Program-made: the position numbers and the translations under genes | IMG/VR virus record: IMGVR_UViG_2627854098_000005 | Reading direction: 5' to 3' (one strand) | DNA: 38,129 nt | Source: a virus | Lineage: Duplodnaviria; Heunggongvirae; Uroviricota; Caudoviricetes | Part shown: piece by piece, positions 10,593 through 19,839 of the stretch | How positions within the stretch are numbered: position 1 is the stretch's first letter | How the letters are laid out: the number at the start of each line of letters is the position of its first letter | The notes under the pieces: generated by a model | Told to the model about the DNA's origin: nothing | What the model saw: only the letters and a program-made list of their open reading frames with translations | Databases searched by the model: none

Positions 10593-11165
10593 TCAGGGGG
10601 ATTCATTGATCTTATTTGCCGGAAATTTTCTATAAATGGTAGAAACGCCTACATCAAAAATCAGTGCAATACGCTGTATTGATTCTCCGGCCTCGAGTAA
10701 ACGCCCAATCTGTGCCCACTGTTCGGTGGTCAACTTAGGACGGCGTCCACCTACTCTGCCTTTGGCACGAGCTGCAGCCAGCCCTGCCCTGGTACGTTCA
10801 ACTATCAGTTCGCGTTCCATTTCAGCCAGGGCACCCATGACATGAAAAAAGAAACGGCCCATTGGGGTACTGGTATCAATACTGTCAGTCAGGCTTCTGA
10901 AATTCACACCACGCTGGCGCAACTCTTCTATCAGCGTAACAAGATGCCGCATACTGCGCCCCAACCTGTCCAGCTTCCAGACAACCAGCGTGTCTCCTGC
11001 CGATAGTGTCCTGAGCAGTTTTTTCAGCCCCGGTCTGTCGGACTTAGTGCCACTGATTTTGTCCTCAAAAATCCGCTCACATCCCGCGCAGTTCAGTGCA
11101 TTACGTTGCAAATCGGTGTTCTGGTCATTTGTTGACACGCGTACATAGCCAATAAGCATGATCAT
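10593..11165 (-). CDS. serine DNA invertase, Hin/Gin/Pin/Cin family
   Basis: N-terminal resolvase catalytic motif IGYVRVSTNDQ, C-terminal HTH; adjacent to the invertible tail-fibre cassette. Confidence 0.85.
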   Translation of the reverse strand: MIMLIGYVRVSTNDQNTDLQRNALNCAGCERIFEDKISGTKSDRPGLKKLLRTLSAGDTLVVWKLDRLGRSMRHLVTLIEELRQRGVNFRSLTDSIDTSTPMGRFFFHVMGALAEMERELIVERTRAGLAAARAKGRVGGRRPKLTTEQWAQIGRLLEAGESIQRIALIFDVGVSTIYRKFPANKINESP

Positions 11166-11186
11166 CCCCCTGAATAAAAACCGGAG

Positions 11187-11684
11187 ATGATGCCAGTTAG
11201 CTGTTACCTCTGCATTTTCTTAAACGTTGGTTTGGGAGAAGGTGCTCCAGCTATTGGCGTTCCGTTCTTCTGGCCGTCCGCTGCAATGCCAAATACTGTA
11301 ATCGACAGCTGGTCCAGTATGGTGTTTTTGAAGTTCAACGGGGCGAAATTTTCTGCCTCTGATTACCCTGTGCTGGCGAAAGTGTTTCCTTCACTGGTAT
11401 TACCTGAAGCCCGCGGTGATTTCATTCGTATCTGGGATGACGGGCGAGGTGCCGATGGTGGTCGCGAATTATTAAGCTGGCAGGAAGCTACAAACTTTTC
11501 TCAGTTTGCCGGGAATATAGGCGGAGGTGCGGGACACGCAATTAACTTTCATGATGGCATCGCCGGAAATCAGCCAGGATTTTCACGATTTAATTTCACC
11601 AGTAACTCTGTGGGTGATGGTGTGAATTTTGTTGCTGTCAGACCGCGAAATATTGCATTTAACTTTCTGGTGAGGGCTAAATAA
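11187..11684 (+). CDS. alternative tail-fibre C-terminal cassette, silent in this orientation
   Basis: The ORF carries GLGE at the crossover site exactly as H does (H: ...LGLGELALAG); the first ~15 codons lie outside the cassette, so it would only be expressed fused to the H N-terminus after inversion. Confidence 0.55.
   Translation: MMPVSCYLCIFLNVGLGEGAPAIGVPFFWPSAAMPNTVIDSWSSMVFLKFNGAKFSASDYPVLAKVFPSLVLPEARGDFIRIWDDGRGADGGRELLSWQEATNFSQFAGNIGGGAGHAINFHDGIAGNQPGFSRFNFTSNSVGDGVNFVAVRPRNIAFNFLVRAK
11215..11240. repeat. hix/gix-like recombination site, left
   Basis: Reverse complement reads TTCTCCCAAACC-AA-CGTTTAAGAAAA, resembling hixL; in inverted orientation to the site at 13021..13046. Confidence 0.6.
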
Positions 11685-12277
11685 TGAAACCTGTTTTTGA
11701 TGAAAATGGGCTGGCTACAGTGCCTGGCGATATGCGTTGTTTTTATTATGATGCTGAAACATCTGAGTATACGGGCTGGTCTGATGAATATATTAATACT
11801 GGCGTAAGTATGCCCGCCTGTTCCACTGGTATTGACCCTGGCGAAAACATTCCGGGAAGAGTGGCAGTATTTACAGGTAAGGGATGGAGCCATGAAGAAG
11901 ACCATCGCAATGAGACTGTTTACTCAATCGAAAATGGTGCTGCTGTTACAGTGAATTATATCGGTGCCATCAAAAACGGTTATGTCACGCTTTCACCGTT
12001 AACGCCATATGATAAATGGGATGGTGAGAAATGGGTGACAGATACTGAGGCACAACACGGTGCCGCAGTAGAAGCGGCAGAAGCACAGCGCCAGTCACTG
12101 ATTGATGCTGCAATGGCTTCCATCAGTCTGATTCAGCTGAAATTACAGGCCGGGCGGAAGCTGACGCAGGCAGAAACCACCCGGCTTAACGCCGTGCTTG
12201 ATTACATTGACGCGGTGACGGCAACAGATACGAGCACCGCGCCGGATGTCATCTGGCCTGAACTGCCGGAGGCGTAG
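11684..12277 (+). CDS. alternative tail fibre assembly protein
   Basis: 197-aa product with the conserved C-terminal ...TSTAPDVIWPELPEA tail seen in the other assembly gene; overlaps the cassette stop. Confidence 0.7.
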   Translation: MKPVFDENGLATVPGDMRCFYYDAETSEYTGWSDEYINTGVSMPACSTGIDPGENIPGRVAVFTGKGWSHEEDHRNETVYSIENGAAVTVNYIGAIKNGYVTLSPLTPYDKWDGEKWVTDTEAQHGAAVEAAEAQRQSLIDAAMASISLIQLKLQAGRKLTQAETTRLNAVLDYIDAVTATDTSTAPDVIWPELPEA

Positions 12278-12683
12278 GCCATTCAATATCTGGAGCACTG
12301 GAGGTATCAACCAGTTCCAGTGCGTCCAGATAATCCAGCCACAAATTATATTGCGCCAGTTCCTCACCTTTCAGACGACCAATAGCCGCTTTACCAGGCC
12401 ATTGCTTGGTATTTATATATTCGTTGGACTGATTAATCAATTGCTGTTTTTTCAATTCGGCTGCGGCAATCTGTTCCTCATGCGTTGGTGGTGGAATTTC
12501 AGACCATGCAGGAAAACCATTTTCCCCAGCGATACGGATTTTTCCTTTCGGCGGTAATCCGGAAAACTCAATATACACCTGCTCATCAACTTCAACAGCA
12601 TCATCTGGCCATGAATTTACATTGATGTAGTCATCCTTAAGCGCAGGATTCACAAAAATATTTAAAGATGGACTAAAAAACAC
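12249..12683 (-). CDS. G: tail fibre assembly protein (gpG-like), currently expressed copy
   Basis: 144-aa product with C-terminal ...DTSSAPDIEWPTPPA; directly downstream of H. Confidence 0.75.
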   Translation of the reverse strand: MFFSPSLNIFVNPALKDDYINVNSWPDDAVEVDEQVYIEFSGLPPKGKIRIAGENGFPAWSEIPPPTHEEQIAAAELKKQQLINQSNEYINTKQWPGKAAIGRLKGEELAQYNLWLDYLDALELVDTSSAPDIEWPTPPAVQAR

Positions 12684-12684
12684 A

Positions 12685-14082
12685 TCACCCTCCTATAGCA
12701 ACATAACAGCCCGATACAGGATTTGCGGCAGTCGCTACGCTGGAAAAACCACGAAAGCCGCTTTTTGTGATTGCGGAAGCAGATAGTATTCCGGCACCCG
12801 AAGGTGTATGCCCCACGTGGCTGGCAACCATCACGTAGCACGCCGACGGAAAAGCGAAAGGGAAATTGTTTAAATATCCCGCATCATCCCCCAGACTTCC
12901 CCCAAACTGCCCCACTCCCCACTGGATAATAAGTGGTCTCCGAACGCCAGAAATAATTAATGGAATTGCTACATACCCATTCACCAACATAGCGCCGGTT
13001 GTTGCGCCAGCCAGAGCCAATTCCCCCAAACCAAGGTATGTGAGAAGACCAGCTACATCCTTTCCACTCAAATTGGTAAGCGTATTGTCCAGCGGTTGTT
13101 TACCTGCCAGCGCATTAAGCATTGTCGTGGCAAAGTTCGGATCATTCCCCAGTGCCGCCGCCAGTTCGTTCAGTGTATCCAGTGCAGCAGGTGCAGAACC
13201 CACCATTCCTGCAATCGCCGATTTCACAAAAGCCGTAGTGGCAATCTGTGTATTGTTGACCGACTGCGCCGCCGTGGGGGCTGTTGGCGTTCCGGTGAGT
13301 GCCGGACTCGACAACGGTGCTTTTAGTGCCAGCGCATTGTTAATGGTGGTACTGAAATTCGGATCATTGTTAATGGCTGCGGCTATTTCTTTCAGCGTGT
13401 CCAGCGTGGCTGGCGCACCATTAATAAGGGCCGTCAGTGCCGCCTGTACAAACGCAGTGGTCGCAACCTGCGTGGTATTATTTCCCGCCGCTGGCGTTGG
13501 CGCTTTGGGGGTTCCGGTAAATGTCGGGCTGGCTTTTGGCGCGTACTGTAAATGCGGGTCCGGTGCGGCAAGATGTTTTGCCATCTGATCATCCGCGTAC
13601 ACCTTCAGCTCCAGTGCCTTGTCATCCACATACTTGCGGGTTGCCAGCACTACAGCAGGGTCGATTTTCAGGGTGATATTGTCCGTGCTGCTGGTAATCA
13701 GCACCATGCGCACGGTCTGAGTGCGCCCGCTACCTTCAGCCAGTTGCGGCTTATAGCTTTCCGGGCAGTTGCCCACGGCAATCAACGCCCCGGACTCATC
13801 AAACAAGCCCACTTCACGTATCCACCAACCGCCCTCGTTTTCAGGGATCACCTGTTCGGCAATAATCTGGCTGCTGTTCTGCGGGTCGATATAAAGCATA
13901 TTCAGCGCAGCCCGGCGTTTCTCATTTACCAGTGCCGTCTGCTTTGCGTCCGGCGTTGGCAATACTCCACCGCCATCGCCCACCGCCATATGGGTAATTT
14001 TTAGCGGCACACCGAGCGCGGCGGCGCTGGCAAGTTTCGCCGCGCCAATATCCGTCAGCAGGGTATAAAATTTTGTGCTCAT
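12685..14082 (-). CDS. H: tail fibre protein H, constant N-terminus plus currently selected variable C-terminus
   Basis: 465-aa product with repeated ...TTAFV... / NDPNF segments typical of P2-type fibres; hix-like site embedded at codons for LGLGE. Confidence 0.85.
   Translation of the reverse strand: MSTKFYTLLTDIGAAKLASAAALGVPLKITHMAVGDGGGVLPTPDAKQTALVNEKRRAALNMLYIDPQNSSQIIAEQVIPENEGGWWIREVGLFDESGALIAVGNCPESYKPQLAEGSGRTQTVRMVLITSSTDNITLKIDPAVVLATRKYVDDKALELKVYADDQMAKHLAAPDPHLQYAPKASPTFTGTPKAPTPAAGNNTTQVATTAFVQAALTALINGAPATLDTLKEIAAAINNDPNFSTTINNALALKAPLSSPALTGTPTAPTAAQSVNNTQIATTAFVKSAIAGMVGSAPAALDTLNELAAALGNDPNFATTMLNALAGKQPLDNTLTNLSGKDVAGLLTYLGLGELALAGATTGAMLVNGYVAIPLIISGVRRPLIIQWGVGQFGGSLGDDAGYLNNFPFAFPSACYVMVASHVGHTPSGAGILSASAITKSGFRGFSSVATAANPVSGCYVAIGG
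13021..13046. repeat. hix/gix-like recombination site, right, inside H
   Basis: TTCCCCCAAACC-AA-GGTATGTGAGAA read directly; inverted partner of 11215..11240. Confidence 0.6.
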
Positions 14083-14684
14083 GGATTCACTCTCATTGTG
14101 TCAATAACATGGACCGCCCCGCCTTCATGCGCGGTGCCACCGGAAATAATCGTTTCGTTGATATACGGATAGATCGTGATTTCTTCGCCAAGATAGCTGG
14201 CGGCTCCCACCCAATGCGGGCCGCTGGTCTGCAGATTGATGGACATGCCGATCATGTGGCGGCTACATGGTTTGGCATCGCTTATCAGTCGCTCAAGTTC
14301 CAGATAGGTATCTTCAGTGATGCCCTGGTCCTGCACGCCGATATCCAGGCGAAACGTGCCCGGTGTTTCTCCGGTCTGCCACCACTCAATAATGCGGATC
14401 AGGAATCCGAACGGCTCCACCACCCGCCGCACGGCACTGGTGGTCCCTTTATGCTGATGAATATAAAAAGCATCCTTCACCACCTGGCGCTTGACGCTTT
14501 CTGTCCAGCCCTCGTCCCAGCGATCCACAGAGAACGCCCAGGCGAGATAAGGCAGGAAACTGACCGGACAGGTTGCCGGATTCCACAAGTCACGAAGCGG
14601 CACCTGCAGATCAGAAATCCCGCTGCAGGTTTGCGCCAGTCGGCGCTCCAGTGGTGTTGAACCCGGTGGCAGCAGACTATTCAT
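14079..14684 (-). CDS. I: baseplate assembly protein I
   Basis: 201-aa product; 4-nt overlap with the H start. Confidence 0.8.
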   Translation of the reverse strand: MNSLLPPGSTPLERRLAQTCSGISDLQVPLRDLWNPATCPVSFLPYLAWAFSVDRWDEGWTESVKRQVVKDAFYIHQHKGTTSAVRRVVEPFGFLIRIIEWWQTGETPGTFRLDIGVQDQGITEDTYLELERLISDAKPCSRHMIGMSINLQTSGPHWVGAASYLGEEITIYPYINETIISGGTAHEGGAVHVIDTMRVNP

Positions 14685-15585
14685 CCGTTCCTCCGTTGGT
14701 TACGCTCCACTGCGTACATGATGCCGCCTGTGTTTTGTTCAGGACCACATCCGCCAAAGGAGAAGCCAGCTCCACACGCTGCACCCCCTCAACATGCAGG
14801 GCGGCAAAGATGGCGCTACGGCGAATATCCCGACCAAGACGCGTCTGACTGGCGATGTACTTCTGCAGGCTGGCTTTTGCCGCTGCCATTACCGGCTCTG
14901 CTTCCGGTCCAGGATAGAGAAAAATGGTGGCTTCCACGCGATACGGGATGATTTCTGCGCTGCGAACCGTAAGACGGTCAGCCACCGGGCGGACGTTCTC
15001 ACTGTTCAGAGCTTTTTCCACCACGTCCAGCAGGTCTTTTTCTGCAGTTCCATCGCCTTCGCGGCTAAGGACAGTCAGCACCACCTCTGCAGGTGCCGGG
15101 CTGGTTGCACTGGCATCCGCCACCCGACCGTCGGCGCTTCGGGCATGAAATTCATAAGCTGCAGTTGGCCCCGCAACAGAAAGCCCTTCAAAGGCTGCAG
15201 GCACACGCAGGCGCAACGCTTCATCGCTTTCCATCACAGCTGCAACGGGCGGCACAGCATCATTATCAGCAGGCGTCACCGTCAGGCGTGTCACGTTGTA
15301 GTTGGCAGCGAGCTGGTCAAGATCGCCGCCCATCGCGTAAGCCACCATCACCGCCTGCGCGGCTTCGTTAATGCGCTGGCGCAGAAGCAACTCACGGTAA
15401 GCGTTCTCCTGCAACAATTTAGTGGCGGGTTCAGATTCCAGTTCCAGCGTGCGGATCACTGCTTCCTGCTCATCTTTCGGATGAAGCGCCACAAATTCTG
15501 CCTTGCGTTCGGCAAGCAGCGTCTCAAAGTCCGGCACATCCACAATCTGCGGTGCAGGCAACTGCGAAAGGTCAATCACTGCCAT
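14677..15585 (-). CDS. J: baseplate assembly protein J
   Basis: Start placed at MAVIDLSQLPAP (ATG at 15585) inside the longer track ORF, as in P2 gpJ. Confidence 0.8.
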   Translation of the reverse strand: MAVIDLSQLPAPQIVDVPDFETLLAERKAEFVALHPKDEQEAVIRTLELESEPATKLLQENAYRELLLRQRINEAAQAVMVAYAMGGDLDQLAANYNVTRLTVTPADNDAVPPVAAVMESDEALRLRVPAAFEGLSVAGPTAAYEFHARSADGRVADASATSPAPAEVVLTVLSREGDGTAEKDLLDVVEKALNSENVRPVADRLTVRSAEIIPYRVEATIFLYPGPEAEPVMAAAKASLQKYIASQTRLGRDIRRSAIFAALHVEGVQRVELASPLADVVLNKTQAASCTQWSVTNGGTDE

Positions 15586-15931
15586 TCTCTGCTCCTGTTG
15601 ATACGGAAAGGGACACAGGCACACCGTTATTCCGCCGCCCGGTCAGCTCCACCACCATTGAACCGTCAAAATTGCTGTTGATGGTGATGGAATCCAGCGT
15701 CAACCGTGGCTCCCAGCGACTCAGCGCCACATACACTGCCGACATGACCTGCAGGCGTAATGCCGGATTTTGTGGCTGATCTATCAGTGCCGACAGCAGG
15801 GAACCATATTCCCGGCGGGCAATACGGCTACCCTGCGGTGTCAGCAGAATGTCCCGCACCGACTGGCGCAGATGATCAATATCAGTAATGACTTTGCCGC
15901 TGGTATTATTCATCCCGCTATAAAGCGTCAT
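15572..15931 (-). CDS. W: baseplate wedge protein W (gp25-like)
   Basis: 119-aa product between V and J. Confidence 0.8.
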   Translation of the reverse strand: MTLYSGMNNTSGKVITDIDHLRQSVRDILLTPQGSRIARREYGSLLSALIDQPQNPALRLQVMSAVYVALSRWEPRLTLDSITINSNFDGSMVVELTGRRNNGVPVSLSVSTGAENGSD

Positions 15932-16521
15932 ACCGGGCCTCCGGTTGTATCGCCGCCTTTCAGGACGCCAGTATGCTGATGCGCATCAACCACGATCCCG
16001 TTAGAACTCATCGCTCCGCCGCCCTGGGTAACGCCACCATTGATCACCACTTCGCTGTTAATGCGCGTGCGGTCAGCCTCCAGTACAAACTCACTGGTTT
16101 TCATGGTGATGTTGTCAGCAGCCTCAATGACCATTGATTTGATGCCCCTGACATACCAGCGCCCGGTGGCGGGTTCGTATTCAAACCAGCCACCGTCAGG
16201 ATGTTCTGTCACGCAGGCGTCCGCCGACGTCGACGGTGGTGCGAACTGATTCGAATAGATGGCGGGCAGCGCAAACGCGGTTTCCAGATTGCCGCCCATG
16301 CTCAGCACCACCACCTGCTCATCTGGCGACGGGCACCACCATGTACGGGCACCAGCGGCGCGTAGCGTCAGCCAGTTAATCCAGTTGGTTTCAAGCTCGC
16401 CTACCTTCACCCGGCACAGCCATTTGTTCCGGTCCACTTCGGTCACAATGCCGGTGCGGATCAGATTGGTGATAAGGCGCATAATTTCTGTGAGTTGTGC
16501 GTTCATGGTTGCAGTTTGCAT
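15928..16521 (-). CDS. V: baseplate spike/assembly protein V
   Basis: 197-aa product; the true start may be the second ATG at 16506. Confidence 0.8.
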   Translation of the reverse strand: MQTATMNAQLTEIMRLITNLIRTGIVTEVDRNKWLCRVKVGELETNWINWLTLRAAGARTWWCPSPDEQVVVLSMGGNLETAFALPAIYSNQFAPPSTSADACVTEHPDGGWFEYEPATGRWYVRGIKSMVIEAADNITMKTSEFVLEADRTRINSEVVINGGVTQGGGAMSSNGIVVDAHQHTGVLKGGDTTGGPV

Positions 16522-16551
16522 GAAATCAAAAGAAAATAGTGATTTTCAAAT

Positions 16552-16569
16552 TGTATGAAGGGTCTTACA
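16552..16569. promoter_or_regulatory. TGT-N12-ACA dyad, candidate late promoter element for the V-W-J-I-H-G operon
   Basis: TGTatgaagggtcttACA read directly in the short V / cargo-gene spacer. Confidence 0.4.
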
Positions 16570-16574
16570 ATCCA

Positions 16575-18407
16575 ATGAATTACAATGAAGAGCTAACCTC
16601 ATATCTTAATTATTTAGTGGATCTTGAAAAATCCCCTAATTTCGCAGTAATGATTGACGGCGAATGGGGAAGCGGGAAAACATGGTTTGTCCGTAAATTA
16701 ATGAATGAAGAATCACTAAAAGGGAAAGTTAAGCCATTAATGATCTCATTATATGGAATAAAATCCACCGAACAAATTGACGAAATAATTTTCAAGCAAA
16801 TGCATCCCTTCCTTTCATCTAAAGGCATGTTGCTTGCTGGCACACTAACTAAGGCACTAATTAAAGGCACACTTAAGATTGATTTAAGTGATTCATTCGT
16901 TACAAGTGTAGAGGGCTCCCCAGAACTACCCAACGTAAGCATTAAAGACTTTTACTACTCACCAGAAAACACCATATTGATATTTGATGATCTTGAACGC
17001 TGCGAATTAGATTGGAATTCTATATTTGGTTATATAAATAATTTCGTTGAAGAAAAAGAATGCAAGGTTTTGATTATCGCCAATGAGAGAGAAATATTAA
17101 ACCCCGCTAGAAATAAAAATCATGATGGTATTTATTTAGATGCAAAAGAAAAAGTTATAGGTATAACTTTCAAATATCAACCTCAACATTCTCACGCCTA
17201 CGAATATTTTCTAAAAAATATAACTAGCGAACTCAACACCATTCTGAACATAAAAAATATTGAGAGCTTACTCACTCTTTCAGAGTGTAATAACATTAGA
17301 TTAATTGAAAGGCAAATTTCTTTTTTTGAAAGAATATTCAAAATATTACCAGCACAGTTTCAGCAAAATTCAGATTTGACACTCAGATTATATCAATTAC
17401 ATTTTATACTCTATTTTGAATCTAATAAAATAAAACGAACCGTTTCTGACTTGTTAACATATAAAATAGATGATGATAATAAATACACATCCAATTTAAT
17501 TGAAAAATATGGTACAACTTATTTGTCAAATTTAATCTTAGACGAGGATACCTGGATCGATATAATTGACAATCAGAAAATCAATCAAGAAAAAATAATA
17601 TCTGAATTAATAACATTCGTCAGTGTTTCTAATAAAACAATTGAGCCATGGACACAACTTTGGAATTATGATCGATTAAAATACACAGAATTTGAGGAAA
17701 ATTACAATTCAACACTTCATACGCTTATTAATTTTGAAATATTGAACGAGCATGTTCTTAAGCATATTTACGGATTATTACTTCATTTATCCAGAGAACA
17801 TATAAAACCCATCAACGAACACTATTTAACAAACTTAGCCCACTCTGCTGTTGATATTTTAGCAGAAAAAGGAATGATACAAACTAGTTATGAAATTTTT
17901 GATGAAGACATTAAGGATGAGCGATGGAGAGGATTAACTTTTCATTGCAAAGAAACTAGGGAATTCAAGGAGCTTGTTAATTACATAGAACAAAAGAAAA
18001 ATGTATTAATTGCATATCAACTTAGCCAAGACGCTCAAAAGATATTCAAATTAATACAGTCCGGAAATCATGAATATTACGCACATCTAAATTTCAACAA
18101 CAAAGATATTTATTCATTTCACGACAAACCAGTTCTTTATTTTGGTGATGCTGAACAACTAACAAAAATACTGATAGACTCAACCGAGATGCATTTCTTT
18201 GGCTATGCTATAAAAAACCGATACAACAACACCCCTTATCTAAAAGAGCTTTCTGCAGAGCGTTTTTTCCACCGCGAGCTAATTAGAAAGCTAATTGAAA
18301 AGAAAACTCAAATAAACTCAAATATATTATCATTACAAATCGATGAGCTCATAAATGATTGTTTAACTCCCGCAATAGATAAATTAAAGCAAAGCATTGA
18401 AAATTAA
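16575..18407 (+). CDS. KAP-family P-loop NTPase, candidate phage-exclusion/abortive-infection protein
   Basis: Walker A GEWGSGKT and Walker B-like ILIFDDLER; AT-rich; opposite strand to the flanking late genes; ATG at 16575 preferred over the track GTG start at 16539 because the late promoter dyad lies between them. Confidence 0.7.
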   Translation: MNYNEELTSYLNYLVDLEKSPNFAVMIDGEWGSGKTWFVRKLMNEESLKGKVKPLMISLYGIKSTEQIDEIIFKQMHPFLSSKGMLLAGTLTKALIKGTLKIDLSDSFVTSVEGSPELPNVSIKDFYYSPENTILIFDDLERCELDWNSIFGYINNFVEEKECKVLIIANEREILNPARNKNHDGIYLDAKEKVIGITFKYQPQHSHAYEYFLKNITSELNTILNIKNIESLLTLSECNNIRLIERQISFFERIFKILPAQFQQNSDLTLRLYQLHFILYFESNKIKRTVSDLLTYKIDDDNKYTSNLIEKYGTTYLSNLILDEDTWIDIIDNQKINQEKIISELITFVSVSNKTIEPWTQLWNYDRLKYTEFEENYNSTLHTLINFEILNEHVLKHIYGLLLHLSREHIKPINEHYLTNLAHSAVDILAEKGMIQTSYEIFDEDIKDERWRGLTFHCKETREFKELVNYIEQKKNVLIAYQLSQDAQKIFKLIQSGNHEYYAHLNFNNKDIYSFHDKPVLYFGDAEQLTKILIDSTEMHFFGYAIKNRYNNTPYLKELSAERFFHRELIRKLIEKKTQINSNILSLQIDELINDCLTPAIDKLKQSIEN

Positions 18408-18432
18408 AATAAAGCCCAGATCGCCACTGGGC
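18401..18432 (-). terminator. rho-independent terminator ending the O-to-S late operon
   Basis: Hairpin GCCCAG-atcgcca-CTGGGC at 18414..18432; on the minus strand it is followed by a U-rich tract. Confidence 0.55.
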
Positions 18433-18447
18433 AACAATATACGCAAG

Positions 18448-18891
18448 TTATGAAATACAATATATCAAAAATCTCTCAACTTCTTTTTTAATAGGCTCAT
18501 TAATACCTAGCAAGCATCGTCTGGAATAATGAACTATCGGCCCACGTTTACTGACACGATCACGCAGTCCATAATGGTGAACACGGGCAATGCGCTGCAC
18601 CTTACCTTCAAACTGCACGCTGGCAGAATCGGCGCTGGCGGCAGTTTTCAGGTATTTTGTGGTGCGCAGCTTCGCAAACATCTGACGTTTGATGCGGCCT
18701 TTTTTACTGCGCGCTGTTACCCGTCGCGGCTCATAACTACTGCCATCTGGATTGCGCTGCATCCTGATGTTTTGCTGCTGTGTCCGGCGCAGCTCCTGTG
18801 CCAGTTGGCGCATCATGCGACTTCTTGCAGCTGGCTCCAGATTCGCCAGTAAGGCACTCAGCCAGTCGTCCACTTTCTGCAATTCAGCCAC
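18448..18891 (-). CDS. S: tail completion protein S
   Basis: 147-aa product following R. Confidence 0.75.
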   Translation of the reverse strand: MAELQKVDDWLSALLANLEPAARSRMMRQLAQELRRTQQQNIRMQRNPDGSSYEPRRVTARSKKGRIKRQMFAKLRTTKYLKTAASADSASVQFEGKVQRIARVHHYGLRDRVSKRGPIVHYSRRCLLGINEPIKKEVERFLIYCIS

Positions 18892-19336
18892 GTTTCACCG
18901 TCCACATTTCTTCAGGTTCATCGGGTTCCGTTATCGCTTCAACGCTCGACACACTGCCGTCAGTGCTGACCAGCACACGCTCCGTCAGTTGCAGGTTCAG
19001 GCTGATATCACAGACATCATTGCGCAGAATATCCACCTCAAAGGTGAATAACTTTTCCCGTAACGCCGGGTTATTGATGGCATCGGGCTGGTTATCCCGC
19101 AGCCACAGCAAAACCGGGGCCATCAACAGATTCTGGTCGCCGCTGAAATCCTCAACCACCACGTTCAGGGTGTAACGATACTCCCATGACATGGAGCTGG
19201 CCCCTGTAGCAACCAGCGAACCGTTATCCACAAACAGATGCAGTTTGTCCGGGTTATTGCGGACATAAGGCACCGCTTTATTGAGGGCGTGGCGCAGGGA
19301 TTGTGGTTTGTTCACTGTTTCGCTCCTGACACGCAA
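18884..19336 (-). CDS. R: tail completion protein R
   Basis: 150-aa product; start codon uncertain. Confidence 0.7.
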   Translation of the reverse strand: MRVRSETVNKPQSLRHALNKAVPYVRNNPDKLHLFVDNGSLVATGASSMSWEYRYTLNVVVEDFSGDQNLLMAPVLLWLRDNQPDAINNPALREKLFTFEVDILRNDVCDISLNLQLTERVLVSTDGSVSSVEAITEPDEPEEMWTVKRG

Positions 19337-19568
19337 TAATCATGTCCACTTTATCTGCACAGACCGCCCAAGCGGCTTCCGTTTCATCCAGCAATGCGCT
19401 CAGATCACCGTTAGTGTGCGGCGCGGCCTGATCCAGCCGACACGGCGTCACTCGCGGACAACCACTGACGGTAAGCTGCACCTCCGGTGAATGCTGGACG
19501 TTTTCGCAGCCGGATAATGTCAGCAGGCAAAGGAGTATCAGCCCAGCGGCGTAAATCCTCGTTCTCAC
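19278..19568 (-). CDS. lysC: outer-membrane lipoprotein spanin LysC (Rz1-like)
   Basis: Signal peptide with lipobox LSGC, proline-rich; partly embedded out of frame in lysB. Confidence 0.6.
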   Translation of the reverse strand: MRTRIYAAGLILLCLLTLSGCENVQHSPEVQLTVSGCPRVTPCRLDQAAPHTNGDLSALLDETEAAWAVCADKVDMIIACQERNSEQTTIPAPRPQ

Positions 19569-19839
19569 GTTTCAGTTCCTCAATCCGGTGTTGTCGTTGT
19601 CTCAGCAGTGCACTGGTCTGTTCTGCTTCGGCATAGAGCCGCGCCTGCTCCCGGTTGTTAGTTTCAGTCAGAATGGACAGGCTGATAAGCTGGTTGTTGC
19701 TCTTTGCCAGCGCCTGGCTTTTGCTCTGCAGCTCGTCTGCCTGCGTGCTGATGGTCTGGCTGGCATCAGCCAGCCGCCACGTCTGCCAGCCCAGCGCCGC
19801 CAGTAATAACGCCAGCACACCCAGCAGCAACCGGTTCAT
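19411..19839 (-). CDS. lysB: inner-membrane spanin LysB (Rz-like)
   Basis: N-terminal transmembrane helix followed by a long coiled-coil region. Confidence 0.7.
   Translation of the reverse strand: MNRLLLGVLALLLAALGWQTWRLADASQTISTQADELQSKSQALAKSNNQLISLSILTETNNREQARLYAEAEQTSALLRQRQHRIEELKRENEDLRRWADTPLPADIIRLRKRPAFTGGAAYRQWLSASDAVSAGSGRAAH

Larger units (their letters stand above)
11215..13046. mobile_element. invertible tail-fibre host-range segment
   Basis: Bounded by inverted hix-like sites; carries two convergent sets of fibre C-terminus plus assembly gene; invertase gene immediately outside. Confidence 0.65.

Noticed and set aside
12866-13588. 240-aa + strand ORF inside tail-fibre gene H
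   Set aside because: Antisense to a well-supported fibre gene; composition typical of a shadow frame
14794-15681. 295-aa + strand ORF spanning J and W
   Set aside because: Antisense to two consecutive baseplate genes; Cys/His/Arg-rich product without motifs
16539-16574. GTG start at 16539 for the KAP NTPase gene
   Set aside because: It would place the late-promoter dyad inside the coding region, only 18 nt from the V start; the ATG at 16575 is more plausible but unverified
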